In this document: in pieces, positions 15,220 to 23,722 of the stretch | Position numbering within the stretch: position 1 is the first letter of the stretch | Layout of the letters: every line of letters begins with the position of its first letter | Source: a virus | Length of the DNA: 24,102 bases | Reading direction: 5' to 3' (one strand) | Virus record (IMG/VR): IMGVR_UViG_3300017925_000171 | Notes under the pieces: model-generated | Seen by the model: the letters and a program-made list of their open reading frames with translations, nothing else | The model's database searches: none | What the model was told of the DNA's origin: nothing | Made by a program: the position numbers and the translations under genes

Positions 15220-15597
15220 TCACGTTCCCTTTCCTTTCGTCCCGATGATATCGAGGACCTTGAAGCGTTGGTGTACCCGTTCGATCTCCTCGCGTACGTC
15301 CGGACTGTCGGAGTCGGACGCGATGGCGAGTAACCCCCCGAAGTACGGGTGTTCCGGTGGAGTCATAGCGAGGCACTGGTCGACGTGCTGTTGGAAGACG
15401 TACGAGACCGCGGTGTCGATATCATCGAAGTGCCAGACTCGGTCCTCGAGAAGACGCTCCTTCCGGGTTCGGGAGGCGTACGCGGTGGTCCCTGGTTTGG
15501 AGGCGAGCAGGAGACCGGGGCATTTCTTGAGCGTACAGGTTCTGTTGGACGGGTGGACGTGGACGTCCCACGGACCCTTGATGGTCGCCTTGGTCAT
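15220..15597 (-). CDS. Hypothetical protein (125 aa), paralog of 21093..21512
   Basis: ATG 15597 (ATGA overlap). HVH and FDDIDTAVSYVFQQHVD motifs. Confidence 0.7.
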   Translation of the reverse strand: MTKATIKGPWDVHVHPSNRTCTLKKCPGLLLASKPGTTAYASRTRKERLLEDRVWHFDDIDTAVSYVFQQHVDQCLAMTPPEHPYFGGLLAIASDSDSPDVREEIERVHQRFKVLDIIGTKGKGT

Positions 15598-15821
15598 TCG
15601 ACCCCCGACGTATTGCCGAGGGTCACGAGGATCGCCTTGCTGGAGACGGGGTAGACCCATTTCGCCCAATAGGACCGGGCCTGTCTCTCGTTGGCGGCGA
15701 CAACCGTGAGGTGACAATTGGAGCAGAACATCTGGCAGTCTCCCGTGATTGGGATGGCCGTGAACGGGCGGACAACGACGGTGGACCCCTTCGTCTTGGG
15801 GTTGTGCTGGCAGGGCGTCAT
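15594..15821 (-). CDS. Small Zn-ribbon-like protein (75 aa)
   Basis: GC3-rich codons; C...C-x3-CSNC...A...W pattern. Confidence 0.6.
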   Translation of the reverse strand: MTPCQHNPKTKGSTVVVRPFTAIPITGDCQMFCSNCHLTVVAANERQARSYWAKWVYPVSSKAILVTLGNTSGVE

Positions 15822-15827
15822 TGGTTC

Positions 15828-17519
15828 CTAGTGCGGCGCCGGGTAATCGAACTTCTCGCCATCGAGGAGCTGCTTCACCGTCCGGACCTGTAGGCGCATG
15901 TACGGCTCCGACCGGGTCAGACTCGCTTGGGCCGGGCGATAGGTTCCGACGCTCGCGGCCTCCTTGGTCATCTCCTTCGTCGCGTCGTTGAGGGTGATGA
16001 AGAACCCGAAGGTCGCGTTCTGGCGGCGCATCGTCCCCGACAGGTCCCGAATGTCCCGCGAGCTCGTCTTCCCGCCCTTGACTTGGGCGAGGATCAGGCG
16101 CTCCGTGCCGTCGACCTCCTGATACCTGAGCCGCCCGTCGATACCCTGGTCGGCCCCCTTCTGCGGCTTGCCATCCCTCATGTTCGGGTGGACCCCGGCC
16201 AGTCCGCAGGCCCAGGCCTGGAATTGGTACGGGTCTTGGGTGAACAGCTCCTCGGCTCCGGCCTCGTCCTTGGGCAAACCCACGACCTCATAGGTCCGCG
16301 GGTTTACGCCATCGGCCGTGAGCCGCGCACGGATGATGGATACCGCAACGTGGGTGATGTCAATCCCAACCCACCGACGCCGAAGACTCTGAGCGGCGGC
16401 AATTGCCGTACCGCATCCACAGAATGGGTCGAGGACAACTTGGCCGGTATCCGTACTCGATTCGATTATCCGTTTTAGGAGCCCTCTTGGCTTCTGGGTT
16501 TGAAACCCAGTCTTCTCGTCTCCATCTTCGAGCCAGGCAACATCCTCGTCGATTCCGTCCTCGGTTCCAAAAAGTATCCCGCGGGTGCCTGGTTGGTACG
16601 CCCAGATATCCTGGTAAGGGACCCCGGTACCAATGTACTGCTTGTAGGTCGGCATACCGGATTCGCTCTTCGGCATCTCAATTGCGCTGTCAGGCTGGTC
16701 GGCGAGGTAGTCAAGCTTCTGCTGGAGGGTCATGTTCTCGCCCCCGTTGGGCAACAGTTTCTTGAGCGAGCCCGCAATGGCCCAGTGCCGACCGCGTTCG
16801 GTAGGGTCGAACCCCCTCCAGGCCTCGCCGCTCGAACCGTGACTCACCCCGGCGCCAGTTAGCGTCTGCTGCCGGAAGAGGCCCTTATCGTCAGAGCCTT
16901 TGAACCGGCCCTCGATGTAGCTCTTCGGGTATGGGCGCCTTCCAGGATGGAACATGGACTTGTCGCTCTTGGTATAGAACAGGATTGTGTCGTGAATCGG
17001 CCCGAATTGGCGTGTCAACTTGTTGTGGGCAGTCTTACGGCGCCATACGATTTCGCTCCGAAAGTTCTCAGGATGGAAGGTCGAATCCAATAGAATCTTC
17101 AGGTAATGACTGGCCGTCGGGTCGCAGTGCAGATAGATGCTCCCCGTGGATCTCAGCACCCGTCGGAGCTCCGCGAGTCGCGGTGCCATCATGCAGAGGT
17201 ACGCGAGCATGTCGTTCTCGCCGAGTATTGTCCGTAGCCCGGAAACCGTGTCGGCAAGCTTCCCGCCGGCCTTCAGGATCTCGTCGTACTCCTGCTGGGC
17301 TCTCGGACCCCAACCCCAGGTGTCGTTGAAGGCGTTGACCTGCGCCTCCGAACCCTTGAAGACGGCGTTGTAGTTCCGCTGGGAGTTGAACGGAGGATCG
17401 AGGTAGACCAGGTCTACCGACTCGTCCTTGATGTAGCGGCGCAGGACGTCGAGGTTGTCTCCGTAGTAGAGGGTGTTCGTCGCTCCGCGTTGGTCTTTCT
17501 TCCCTTGCATGTTCTTCAC
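15828..17519 (-). CDS. Site-specific N4/N6 DNA methyltransferase (beta class) fused to a C-terminal Mrr-like PD-(D/E/Q)xK nuclease domain
   Basis: LYYGDNL, VYLDPPFNS (motif IV), GSIYLHCD, FQTQKP, and VLDPFCGCGT (motif I). C-terminal GADQGIDG...LAQVKGG...RDIRDLSGTM...GFFITL. Confidence 0.92.
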   Translation of the reverse strand: MKNMQGKKDQRGATNTLYYGDNLDVLRRYIKDESVDLVYLDPPFNSQRNYNAVFKGSEAQVNAFNDTWGWGPRAQQEYDEILKAGGKLADTVSGLRTILGENDMLAYLCMMAPRLAELRRVLRSTGSIYLHCDPTASHYLKILLDSTFHPENFRSEIVWRRKTAHNKLTRQFGPIHDTILFYTKSDKSMFHPGRRPYPKSYIEGRFKGSDDKGLFRQQTLTGAGVSHGSSGEAWRGFDPTERGRHWAIAGSLKKLLPNGGENMTLQQKLDYLADQPDSAIEMPKSESGMPTYKQYIGTGVPYQDIWAYQPGTRGILFGTEDGIDEDVAWLEDGDEKTGFQTQKPRGLLKRIIESSTDTGQVVLDPFCGCGTAIAAAQSLRRRWVGIDITHVAVSIIRARLTADGVNPRTYEVVGLPKDEAGAEELFTQDPYQFQAWACGLAGVHPNMRDGKPQKGADQGIDGRLRYQEVDGTERLILAQVKGGKTSSRDIRDLSGTMRRQNATFGFFITLNDATKEMTKEAASVGTYRPAQASLTRSEPYMRLQVRTVKQLLDGEKFDYPAPH

Positions 17520-18211
17520 TCTTGGATGGTTGTTCCGATGGACTGCGACTGGATTCTGGCGGCGGACCCGGTGGTTGCCGCCGGGTCCTCCGCCCCCCCA
17601 CCGTTCAGCTGATCCACGGGCCCGGGGCCATGAGGGCGACGTGGGGCGACACGTCTTTTCCCGGGCTTGGGGTCTGACGGTGGAGGCGTGATGTGAGGGT
17701 TGTACACCCGGAGCGGGATGCCGCGCCAGGCGAGGTGGATGAGCAGCTGTTTGAACCAGTACGGGCCGTCGCCGTACAGTGGGGCCTTGAAGTCGTAGAT
17801 GAGGTACTTCGTCGCGGCGTTCCTCCTACCCTCGGCTTTGTCCTTCTCGGTCTGGCCGTGGGGACCATCGACCCAGGGGGGAAAGTCTTCAACGACCTTC
17901 GCAACCCCCCCTATGGCGACGGCCAGTCGTCGACAGGTTGGTCCCTCGTTCTGACCGAGCAAGGCGAGGATGTCGCTGGTTTCTCCCATGTGGTCAATGA
18001 AGATGATGTTGCCGTTGGGCTCGATCATCACCCTGTGGAGCGGGGCCCCGCGCCCGCCGCACTTGAACCGAAAGGTGTAGGACCGCCCCTCTTTGAGCTC
18101 CTTGACTACCTCGGTCGCCTGGTTGTTGAGGCAGCCGCGCTCCGACCTCTCGGTCGTGCTGACCGGGGTGGGGGTCTCCTCGAAGAGGTTGACGACGTGG
18201 CGCACTGTCAC
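17516..18211 (-). CDS. Hypothetical protein (231 aa) with a C-H-H-C domain, paralog of 19371..19835
   Basis: GTG 18211 (GTGA overlap). RFKCG...PLHRV...PNG...DH...LGQ...PTC. Confidence 0.75.
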   Translation of the reverse strand: MTVRHVVNLFEETPTPVSTTERSERGCLNNQATEVVKELKEGRSYTFRFKCGGRGAPLHRVMIEPNGNIIFIDHMGETSDILALLGQNEGPTCRRLAVAIGGVAKVVEDFPPWVDGPHGQTEKDKAEGRRNAATKYLIYDFKAPLYGDGPYWFKQLLIHLAWRGIPLRVYNPHITPPPSDPKPGKRRVAPRRPHGPGPVDQLNGGGAEDPAATTGSAARIQSQSIGTTIQE

Positions 18212-18699
18212 GTTCCCCCCCACTTGGTCCCGCCGTCGGTCTTGAGCCCGACTTGCCGGCAGAGCGAGCGGTACTTCTCCGCGAGGTCGGCGTCCACCCA
18301 TGCCGTCGGGGATGCCTTCGTGAAGTAGGCGACCCGGACGGCGACGGGGCCTGGAACCATCTCCCACCTGCGGCCACGCCTTACGCGTCGGCGGCGGCCG
18401 TCCGTGCTGACGGCGACCCAGAGACCCGGTGAGCAATCGCAGCCGAGGTCCCAGCAGCCGGCGTGGGAGTGGGACTCGTTGGGGTGGTAGATCCGGGACG
18501 CGCTGGCGCTCAGACCCGACTTGAAGTCGATGCTCGGCCGTAGCACGGCCCGGTGAACGACCCCGTTTCGGGTGTAGGAGCGGATGGTCGCCCCGAGAGC
18601 TCTCGCCTCAACCTCGAAGTCCCGAAGGGTGTGGATCGGCTCGCTTCCCCTGGCGAGGTGCCCGAGGACGCTGGCGATGGGGGGTTCAGTATCGGTCAT
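18208..18699 (-). CDS. Hypothetical protein (163 aa) with a His/Cys cluster
   Basis: HSHAGCWDLGCDC; GC3-rich codons; overlaps both neighbours. Confidence 0.7.
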   Translation of the reverse strand: MTDTEPPIASVLGHLARGSEPIHTLRDFEVEARALGATIRSYTRNGVVHRAVLRPSIDFKSGLSASASRIYHPNESHSHAGCWDLGCDCSPGLWVAVSTDGRRRRVRRGRRWEMVPGPVAVRVAYFTKASPTAWVDADLAEKYRSLCRQVGLKTDGGTKWGGT

Positions 18700-19039
18700 G
18701 GGGTCCTTGGGTGGGTTGGGTCACGGGGGTCAGAGTGATGTTCGTGACGTTCGGGGCCGGCCACATCTTGTGCTTCTTCTTCGGGTCACCGATTTGGACG
18801 CGCAGAGGTTTGTTGTAGTGCGTAGCGGCGCCGCATCTGTCGCAGTGGAGCGAGAATACGAGCCATCGGCCTTCGCTGAAGTCCCACTCCTTGGCGCCAT
18901 CGACCTCGGTGACCGGGCTCGAGACTATCGTCCCGCCGCACCCGGTGGGGCAGGGACCGACCTCGCGGCCCCCTCCGATGGTGTCGAGGATCTTCGCGGT
19001 GGTCCGCTCGCGGGAGGGAGGACGTCGGCGCTTGCTCAT
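18686..19039 (-). CDS. Zn-ribbon protein (117 aa)
   Basis: CPTGCG...CDRCG; ATGA overlap. Confidence 0.75.
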   Translation of the reverse strand: MSKRRRPPSRERTTAKILDTIGGGREVGPCPTGCGGTIVSSPVTEVDGAKEWDFSEGRWLVFSLHCDRCGAATHYNKPLRVQIGDPKKKHKMWPAPNVTNITLTPVTQPTQGPHDRY

Positions 19040-19374
19040 CGGCCAGCCTCCTCTTCCTCAGCACGGAACCGACGGAGGAGTTTATCCTCAGTTCCGTTCA
19101 TCTTTCCAATGTCACTGATGGCGACCAGCGGCTTCTCGTAGTTGGGGTACAGCACCAGTATGGATACCGTTCCATCGCATCGGGAGGAGTGGGTGACAGC
19201 GCCGTGAACCGCAATCTTGGCGGAATGGGTTCGGACCCCGTTAGCGTGCTCTACCCACCGGAGGGACGCTCCCCGAGCTCTCTGGCAACAGGACCAGAAA
19301 TAGGTCCGCCCCATGCCTACGACCAGCGTGTCGAGGATCTCACGTGTCGATTGGGTGATGGGAGGTACGTTCAC
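19036..19374 (-). CDS. Hypothetical protein (112 aa)
   Basis: GTG 19374 (GTGA overlap), ATGA overlap downstream. Confidence 0.65.
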   Translation of the reverse strand: MNVPPITQSTREILDTLVVGMGRTYFWSCCQRARGASLRWVEHANGVRTHSAKIAVHGAVTHSSRCDGTVSILVLYPNYEKPLVAISDIGKMNGTEDKLLRRFRAEEEEAGR

Positions 19375-19835
19375 GCCAGCACCCCCACGGTCTCCATCGC
19401 GGGCATGGCCTCGGTCAGCGTCGGTCGGAGGCTGGCCCCGAACGCGATGAGGTGATAGCCGAGCCTCGACCACTGGGGCACCGTCCGCTTCTTCCGCAGG
19501 AACTCCCGACAGACCTCCTTGGCGGCATCCTGGGGCGCGTTGAGCGCCATCACGATGTCGCCGCAGGTGGGCCAGTCGGGCTGTCCGAGCATCTGGAGTA
19601 CGATCGAGACGTCGTCGTGGTAGTGGTCCGGGAAGTGGACCTCGCCGTTCGGGAGGAACTGGACGCGGTGGAGGGGGCCGACCCGGGAGCCGCATCGGAA
19701 CCGGGCCTCGACGGGGAACCCCTTGCGGAGCTTCACGACCCAGTGGGCGACCTCCGGGGTGGAGAACCCTCGGGCGAGCTTCTCCGGGTTCGTGACGGGG
19801 ACCGGGATCTTGGCGAAGACGGAGAGAGTGGTCAT
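19371..19835 (-). CDS. Hypothetical protein (154 aa) with a C-H-H-C domain, paralog of 17516..18211
   Basis: ATG 19835 (ATGA overlap). RFRCG...PLHRV...PNG...DH...LGQ...PTC. Confidence 0.75.
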   Translation of the reverse strand: MTTLSVFAKIPVPVTNPEKLARGFSTPEVAHWVVKLRKGFPVEARFRCGSRVGPLHRVQFLPNGEVHFPDHYHDDVSIVLQMLGQPDWPTCGDIVMALNAPQDAAKEVCREFLRKKRTVPQWSRLGYHLIAFGASLRPTLTEAMPAMETVGVLA

Positions 19836-20134
19836 GGGATCTCCCCCGTCTTCCGCGCTTTCCATTCGTGGTCGCCGCACCCGAGGGTCAGGAGGCCTTT
19901 CTCGTCTTGTACGGCGACCTGAGTGTCCCACTCGATGTCGGTGGTACCCTCCCATTGGAGGTGCGGGTTCTCGTCGTTAGGGCCGTGGTTGACGAGCCGG
20001 GCGGTGGCCTGGACAGTATCGAGCTCCCACTGGGGCAGCCGATTACATGTCGGGCAGCGAAGCGGGGAGAAGGGTTTCTCAGCCTTCAAGGCGTCGAGGG
20101 CGGCGGCGGTCGAGGGCTTCAGACCGGCGCTCAT
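19832..20134 (-). CDS. Zn-binding hypothetical protein (100 aa)
   Basis: CPTC...WEGTTDIEWDTQ...CGDHEW. Confidence 0.75.
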   Translation of the reverse strand: MSAGLKPSTAAALDALKAEKPFSPLRCPTCNRLPQWELDTVQATARLVNHGPNDENPHLQWEGTTDIEWDTQVAVQDEKGLLTLGCGDHEWKARKTGEIP

Positions 20135-20349
20135 TCGACCCTCCCCTCGACTCGGTTCGGTGGGACCTTGAACAGTTGGCTCCCAACCTTGACCGCGAGC
20201 GTTCCCTTGGGGAGCGCGTCGAACATGACCTCGCCCTCGTAGTACTTCCGAACGCCCACTTTGGCCTGGGTCCAGAACCGAACTTTGTCGCCGGTCCGGT
20301 ACTGCGCGAGGGCGGTGAGGACCTCGTTGGTCCGGTGCTCCTCGCTCAT
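20131..20349 (-). CDS. Small SH3/KOW-like beta-barrel protein (72 aa), array member 4
   Basis: VLTALAQYRTGDKVRF...GEV...AVKV...KVPPNRV; ATGA overlaps. Confidence 0.7.
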   Translation of the reverse strand: MSEEHRTNEVLTALAQYRTGDKVRFWTQAKVGVRKYYEGEVMFDALPKGTLAVKVGSQLFKVPPNRVEGRVE

Positions 20350-20597
20350 GGGTCCTTCTGGATTACGTATCTCGGGACGGCGCGGAGGATCAGGTCGTAC
20401 GGAATCTCGGCGATGAAGTCCCGACGACCGCTGTTGAGCAGGAGCCGGACCGTGACCGACCCCCGGATCCGCCCGCGGTGCTCGATGACCCCCATGTATT
20501 CCTCGCGGCCACCGACCGGGAGCTTGACCCAGACATGGTCCCCGACGGTGAAGTTCGAGAGGGCGCGTAGGGCCTGGTCGAGCGCGGGGTCGGTCAT
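20346..20597 (-). CDS. Small SH3/KOW-like beta-barrel protein (83 aa), array member 3
   Basis: ALRALSNFTVGDHVWV...GVI...VTVRL...EIPYDLI. Confidence 0.7.
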   Translation of the reverse strand: MTDPALDQALRALSNFTVGDHVWVKLPVGGREEYMGVIEHRGRIRGSVTVRLLLNSGRRDFIAEIPYDLILRAVPRYVIQKDP

Positions 20598-20866
20598 GGG
20601 GACCCCCGCGTTGGGCGAGCGGGGCCGAGGACGCACTCCGGGGGAAAGACCCAATGGTCATGGACGACGACCCGGTCCTTCGTGCGCCGGGTGGTGAAGC
20701 AGACGGAGCCGGGCTGGTCGAACTCGCGGTCACTGAATCTCTCGAAGACCGCGATGCGGGCTCGCGCCTCCCCTGGGAACCGTACTCTAATGCGGTCGCC
20801 TGGTCCGTAGGCCCCGAGGGTCGAGAGGACTTGGGAGACCTGCCCGGCCTTGGACTTTCGCTTCAT
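20594..20866 (-). CDS. Small SH3/KOW-like beta-barrel protein (90 aa), array member 2
   Basis: VLSTLGAYGPGDRIRV...AVF...VCF...VFPPECV. Confidence 0.7.
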   Translation of the reverse strand: MKRKSKAGQVSQVLSTLGAYGPGDRIRVRFPGEARARIAVFERFSDREFDQPGSVCFTTRRTKDRVVVHDHWVFPPECVLGPARPTRGSP

Positions 20867-21096
20867 GCGGCGACCTCCTGGACCCGGTCCCTCACCAGTT
20901 CGAGAGGCACGATGTAGATGACGTGCCAGCCGGGCATGTCGAGGGCTATGGAGATTCGGCCGGGCTCGGGGGTGAACTCTCGGACGACGACGCCGGGCTG
21001 TTCGATGGTCCACGTGTGGTCGGGACGGAACGTGACCCTGTCGCCCACCTGGAAGGAGAGCGCGGCGAGGACCGCCTTGGTCGTCGGCTCGCTCAT
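20863..21096 (-). CDS. Small SH3/KOW-like beta-barrel protein (77 aa), array member 1
   Basis: VLAALSFQVGDRVTF...GVV...ISIAL...IVPLELV. Confidence 0.7.
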   Translation of the reverse strand: MSEPTTKAVLAALSFQVGDRVTFRPDHTWTIEQPGVVVREFTPEPGRISIALDMPGWHVIYIVPLELVRDRVQEVAA

Positions 21097-21512
21097 GGTT
21101 CCCTCCCCATCGCCAGGAGCGCAACCTGCGTCTTGATGGCCTCTCGGAGCCGGACCGCGTCCTCGGCGGTGAAGTACGTGGGGTGCGGCTTGATCGCCTT
21201 GAGGGGGTCCTTCTCCTGGATGAACCGGGCGCCGTCCCAGAGGTGGCTCTTGTCGTGGTGCTCTCGGTCGTACACCTCGCCATCGAATATCTTGGGGTCG
21301 GACAGGTCCCGGTGCGCGTGAACGGCGTACGCGGCGGCTTCGTCGATGGTGGCGAAGCCCCGGAAGATGGGAAGGCCGTCCACGTCCAGCCCCTCGGAGT
21401 GCTTCATCTGGGCGGTCCACGGGAAGCACCGGACGACGAACAGGGACGCCTCATCGGAAAGGATGCCCTGGTGGACGTGGTAGTGAACGGGAGGTAGTGG
21501 GTCGGGCGTCAT
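21093..21512 (-). CDS. Hypothetical protein (139 aa), paralog of 15220..15597
   Basis: ATG 21512 (ATGA overlap). HVH and FATIDEAAAYAVHAHRD motifs. Confidence 0.7.
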   Translation of the reverse strand: MTPDPLPPVHYHVHQGILSDEASLFVVRCFPWTAQMKHSEGLDVDGLPIFRGFATIDEAAAYAVHAHRDLSDPKIFDGEVYDREHHDKSHLWDGARFIQEKDPLKAIKPHPTYFTAEDAVRLREAIKTQVALLAMGREP

Positions 21513-21883
21513 GCGGAGCCCCCCTCGGCAATCGTGGAGAGGATGGTGTTGGTCTGTTCGATGTGTCGGGCAACGGATATTTCGCTGGCTCCGGCGATGG
21601 GCTCGTTGCCGTGGTCGAGCAGGCAGAAGACCCAGCCGGCGCGCTGGACCGAGTAGCGGCAATCGGGGTTGACGCAGTAGTAGCAACCCTCGACCAGACC
21701 CACCTCGCGGCCAGATCGGCGGAGATAGCCCGAGCTCGCCCGCACGAGAGGACCACAGTTCGGGCACCGCATCGACCAGCCGTAGCTCACCGAGTGCTTG
21801 CCCAGGACTCGCCTCGGGTGGTAGCGGTCGTAGCCGGAGAACCGCCCGTCGGGGTGGCGGGGGAAGGCGATGAATCGCGTCAT
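21509..21883 (-). CDS. Zn-binding hypothetical protein (124 aa)
   Basis: CPNC...CYYCVNPDC; ATG 21883 (TGATG overlap). Confidence 0.7.
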   Translation of the reverse strand: MTRFIAFPRHPDGRFSGYDRYHPRRVLGKHSVSYGWSMRCPNCGPLVRASSGYLRRSGREVGLVEGCYYCVNPDCRYSVQRAGWVFCLLDHGNEPIAGASEISVARHIEQTNTILSTIAEGGSA

Positions 21884-22386
21884 CAGTACTGCCGGCACCC
21901 CCCACAGGTATCGAGGAACTCGGCGAACTCGAGAACCCAGTCGGTCATCCCCTTCTCCGGCACCGCGACGTCGGCGTCGTCGGGAATCTTCGGCCGCCTG
22001 TCGCCACCAATCTTGAACAGGAGGCCGGAGATCCCCTCCTGCGTGGCCCTCTTGACCGGGGCGGTCCCGGAGATCACTTGGAGCGCCTCTCGGGTCTCCT
22101 TCGGAACGTCGCCCTTGGGTTGATCGAGGACGACGGGCCAATGGAAGCATCCGCCGGAGTACGGCGTGTCCGAAACGGAGAGTATCCGCAGGCGGTTCTC
22201 GCTGACCACGGTGCGGAGGAGCTTCGCCCACGCCTTGCCGGTCTTGACGTGGATGAGCTTGCCGTCGTTTCCCCCGGCCCAGTCGGTCATGTCGGCCCCG
22301 GCCTGGTCGAGGATGGAGGCCATGTACGAGTGACCCGACCAATTGGGATGGGACGAGCCGTTGCGGCCCGCGTAGTCCATCCCCAT
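21883..22386 (-). CDS. Phage hypothetical protein (167 aa)
   Basis: TAGATG junction; C-terminal VLEFAEFLDTCGGC motif recalled from phage proteins. Confidence 0.75.
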   Translation of the reverse strand: MGMDYAGRNGSSHPNWSGHSYMASILDQAGADMTDWAGGNDGKLIHVKTGKAWAKLLRTVVSENRLRILSVSDTPYSGGCFHWPVVLDQPKGDVPKETREALQVISGTAPVKRATQEGISGLLFKIGGDRRPKIPDDADVAVPEKGMTDWVLEFAEFLDTCGGCRQY

Positions 22387-22779
22387 CTACGGTCCCCCCT
22401 CCTGGGCTTCAGCCCTAGCCTGTCGAACCTCTGACCTACGACTGTCAAGATGGAGGGAATTGGGATTCCTCTCCGACCCGAGGATGTAGTTCGCCATTCT
22501 CGAGTCCCGCCGAATCTTGGCCATGATGAGGAACCGCCAATGGGGCTTCTGGACCCCGGTGAGCTGGAGCCCACGGTCGATGAGCTGGGCGCCGTCGCTC
22601 TGCTCCCAGTCCCCGCACTCGCGGCAGATTCGGACGGAGGGATCGACCAAGGACGGGACCCAAGTACTCGACCCCTTGACGGGGAGGTACTCGTTCCCGC
22701 AGTAGTAGTGGCACCTGCGCCGCTTCGTGCCGCCGATGGTGGCGACGACGTCGCGGGCGGTGGCTTCGGTGGCGCTCAC
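22387..22779 (-). CDS. Zn-ribbon protein (130 aa)
   Basis: CHYYCG...CRECG; GTG 22779 (GTGA overlap). Confidence 0.7.
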   Translation of the reverse strand: MSATEATARDVVATIGGTKRRRCHYYCGNEYLPVKGSSTWVPSLVDPSVRICRECGDWEQSDGAQLIDRGLQLTGVQKPHWRFLIMAKIRRDSRMANYILGSERNPNSLHLDSRRSEVRQARAEAQEGGP

Positions 22780-23267
22780 GGGCTTTCCCCCTTCACGATG
22801 ATTTGCTCGGCTTCGTCCAGCGTCCCGGCATGTCCCTGTTTGACAAGATGGGCTTTGAACCCGACGCGACACTCCTCGTTCTTGACCGCCAGTTTTCCCG
22901 CGTCCTTGATGGCGCTGTTGCCGATTGGGAGGTCAACGAAGGCGGTCGTACAGAATACACAGTCCTGCGCGATTACGCTGTCCAAGTGGCTCGGGTGCTT
23001 GATGAAATGGAGTGTCATCGACCGGCGGATGATGCCCGGGGTCCGCTCGCGCTGTCGGAGGCGGTTGACCTTCGCGTTGGCATTGACCTTCTGGGCAAAG
23101 AGCTTCTGGCGGCGGACGACGGCCTTGGAGTAGGGACCCGCGAGACGGTGTTCCTCGGCCCGGGCGTCCTTCCATTCGGCGACCGCGGCATCGCGTTCCA
23201 CGATGGCGGTGGCGAGGGCCGGGGATCGGATGGCCCGAAGGACCTCGGGGGTGGTGGGGTCGCTCAC
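22776..23267 (-). CDS. Hypothetical protein (163 aa), coiled coil plus C/H cluster
   Basis: GTG 23267 with GGAGG SD (GTGA overlap); CVFC...C...H. Confidence 0.7.
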   Translation of the reverse strand: MSDPTTPEVLRAIRSPALATAIVERDAAVAEWKDARAEEHRLAGPYSKAVVRRQKLFAQKVNANAKVNRLRQRERTPGIIRRSMTLHFIKHPSHLDSVIAQDCVFCTTAFVDLPIGNSAIKDAGKLAVKNEECRVGFKAHLVKQGHAGTLDEAEQIIVKGESP

Positions 23268-23722
23268 TCTTCCTCCTTGGGGCAGGGGCCGAAATCGGCC
23301 CCGAAGACCGAGCCGGTGGCGAGGACCGTAAGGGCCTGTTGGAGCGGTCGCCGACTCGGGTTGGACCCCTTCGTGAACCCCCACGAGCCGATGATGCGGT
23401 TTCGGTGGGTGAGGACCCACTTGGACCCGAGGGTGTGGAGCAGGTACTCCCCGTTGTCGCCGTTGTCCCCATCGGTCCGGTCCTCCCCAAGGTAGGCGGA
23501 TGTGCCGTCGCGTTGCCGCGCCAGGACGGCGAGGGACAGGAGGACGTTGGGCGGCGTGCCGTCGTTTCCATCCTTCTCGTGGCGCTTCGTATCGCGGACG
23601 AGCGCGAGCATGGCGTCCTCGGCTCCGCCCCAATGGCGGAAGAGGGTGGTCTTGAACCGATGGTCGGGGGCGTGGGGGGAGATGAGATGCTCGCAGACGC
23701 GAATCGAGCCTCGGTCTCCCAT
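23264..23722 (-). CDS. Phage hypothetical protein (152 aa)
   Basis: MGDRG...LFRHWGG...DNGEY resembles a recurrent phage family (MGxR...YxHW...DNGxY). Confidence 0.75.
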   Translation of the reverse strand: MGDRGSIRVCEHLISPHAPDHRFKTTLFRHWGGAEDAMLALVRDTKRHEKDGNDGTPPNVLLSLAVLARQRDGTSAYLGEDRTDGDNGDNGEYLLHTLGSKWVLTHRNRIIGSWGFTKGSNPSRRPLQQALTVLATGSVFGADFGPCPKEEE

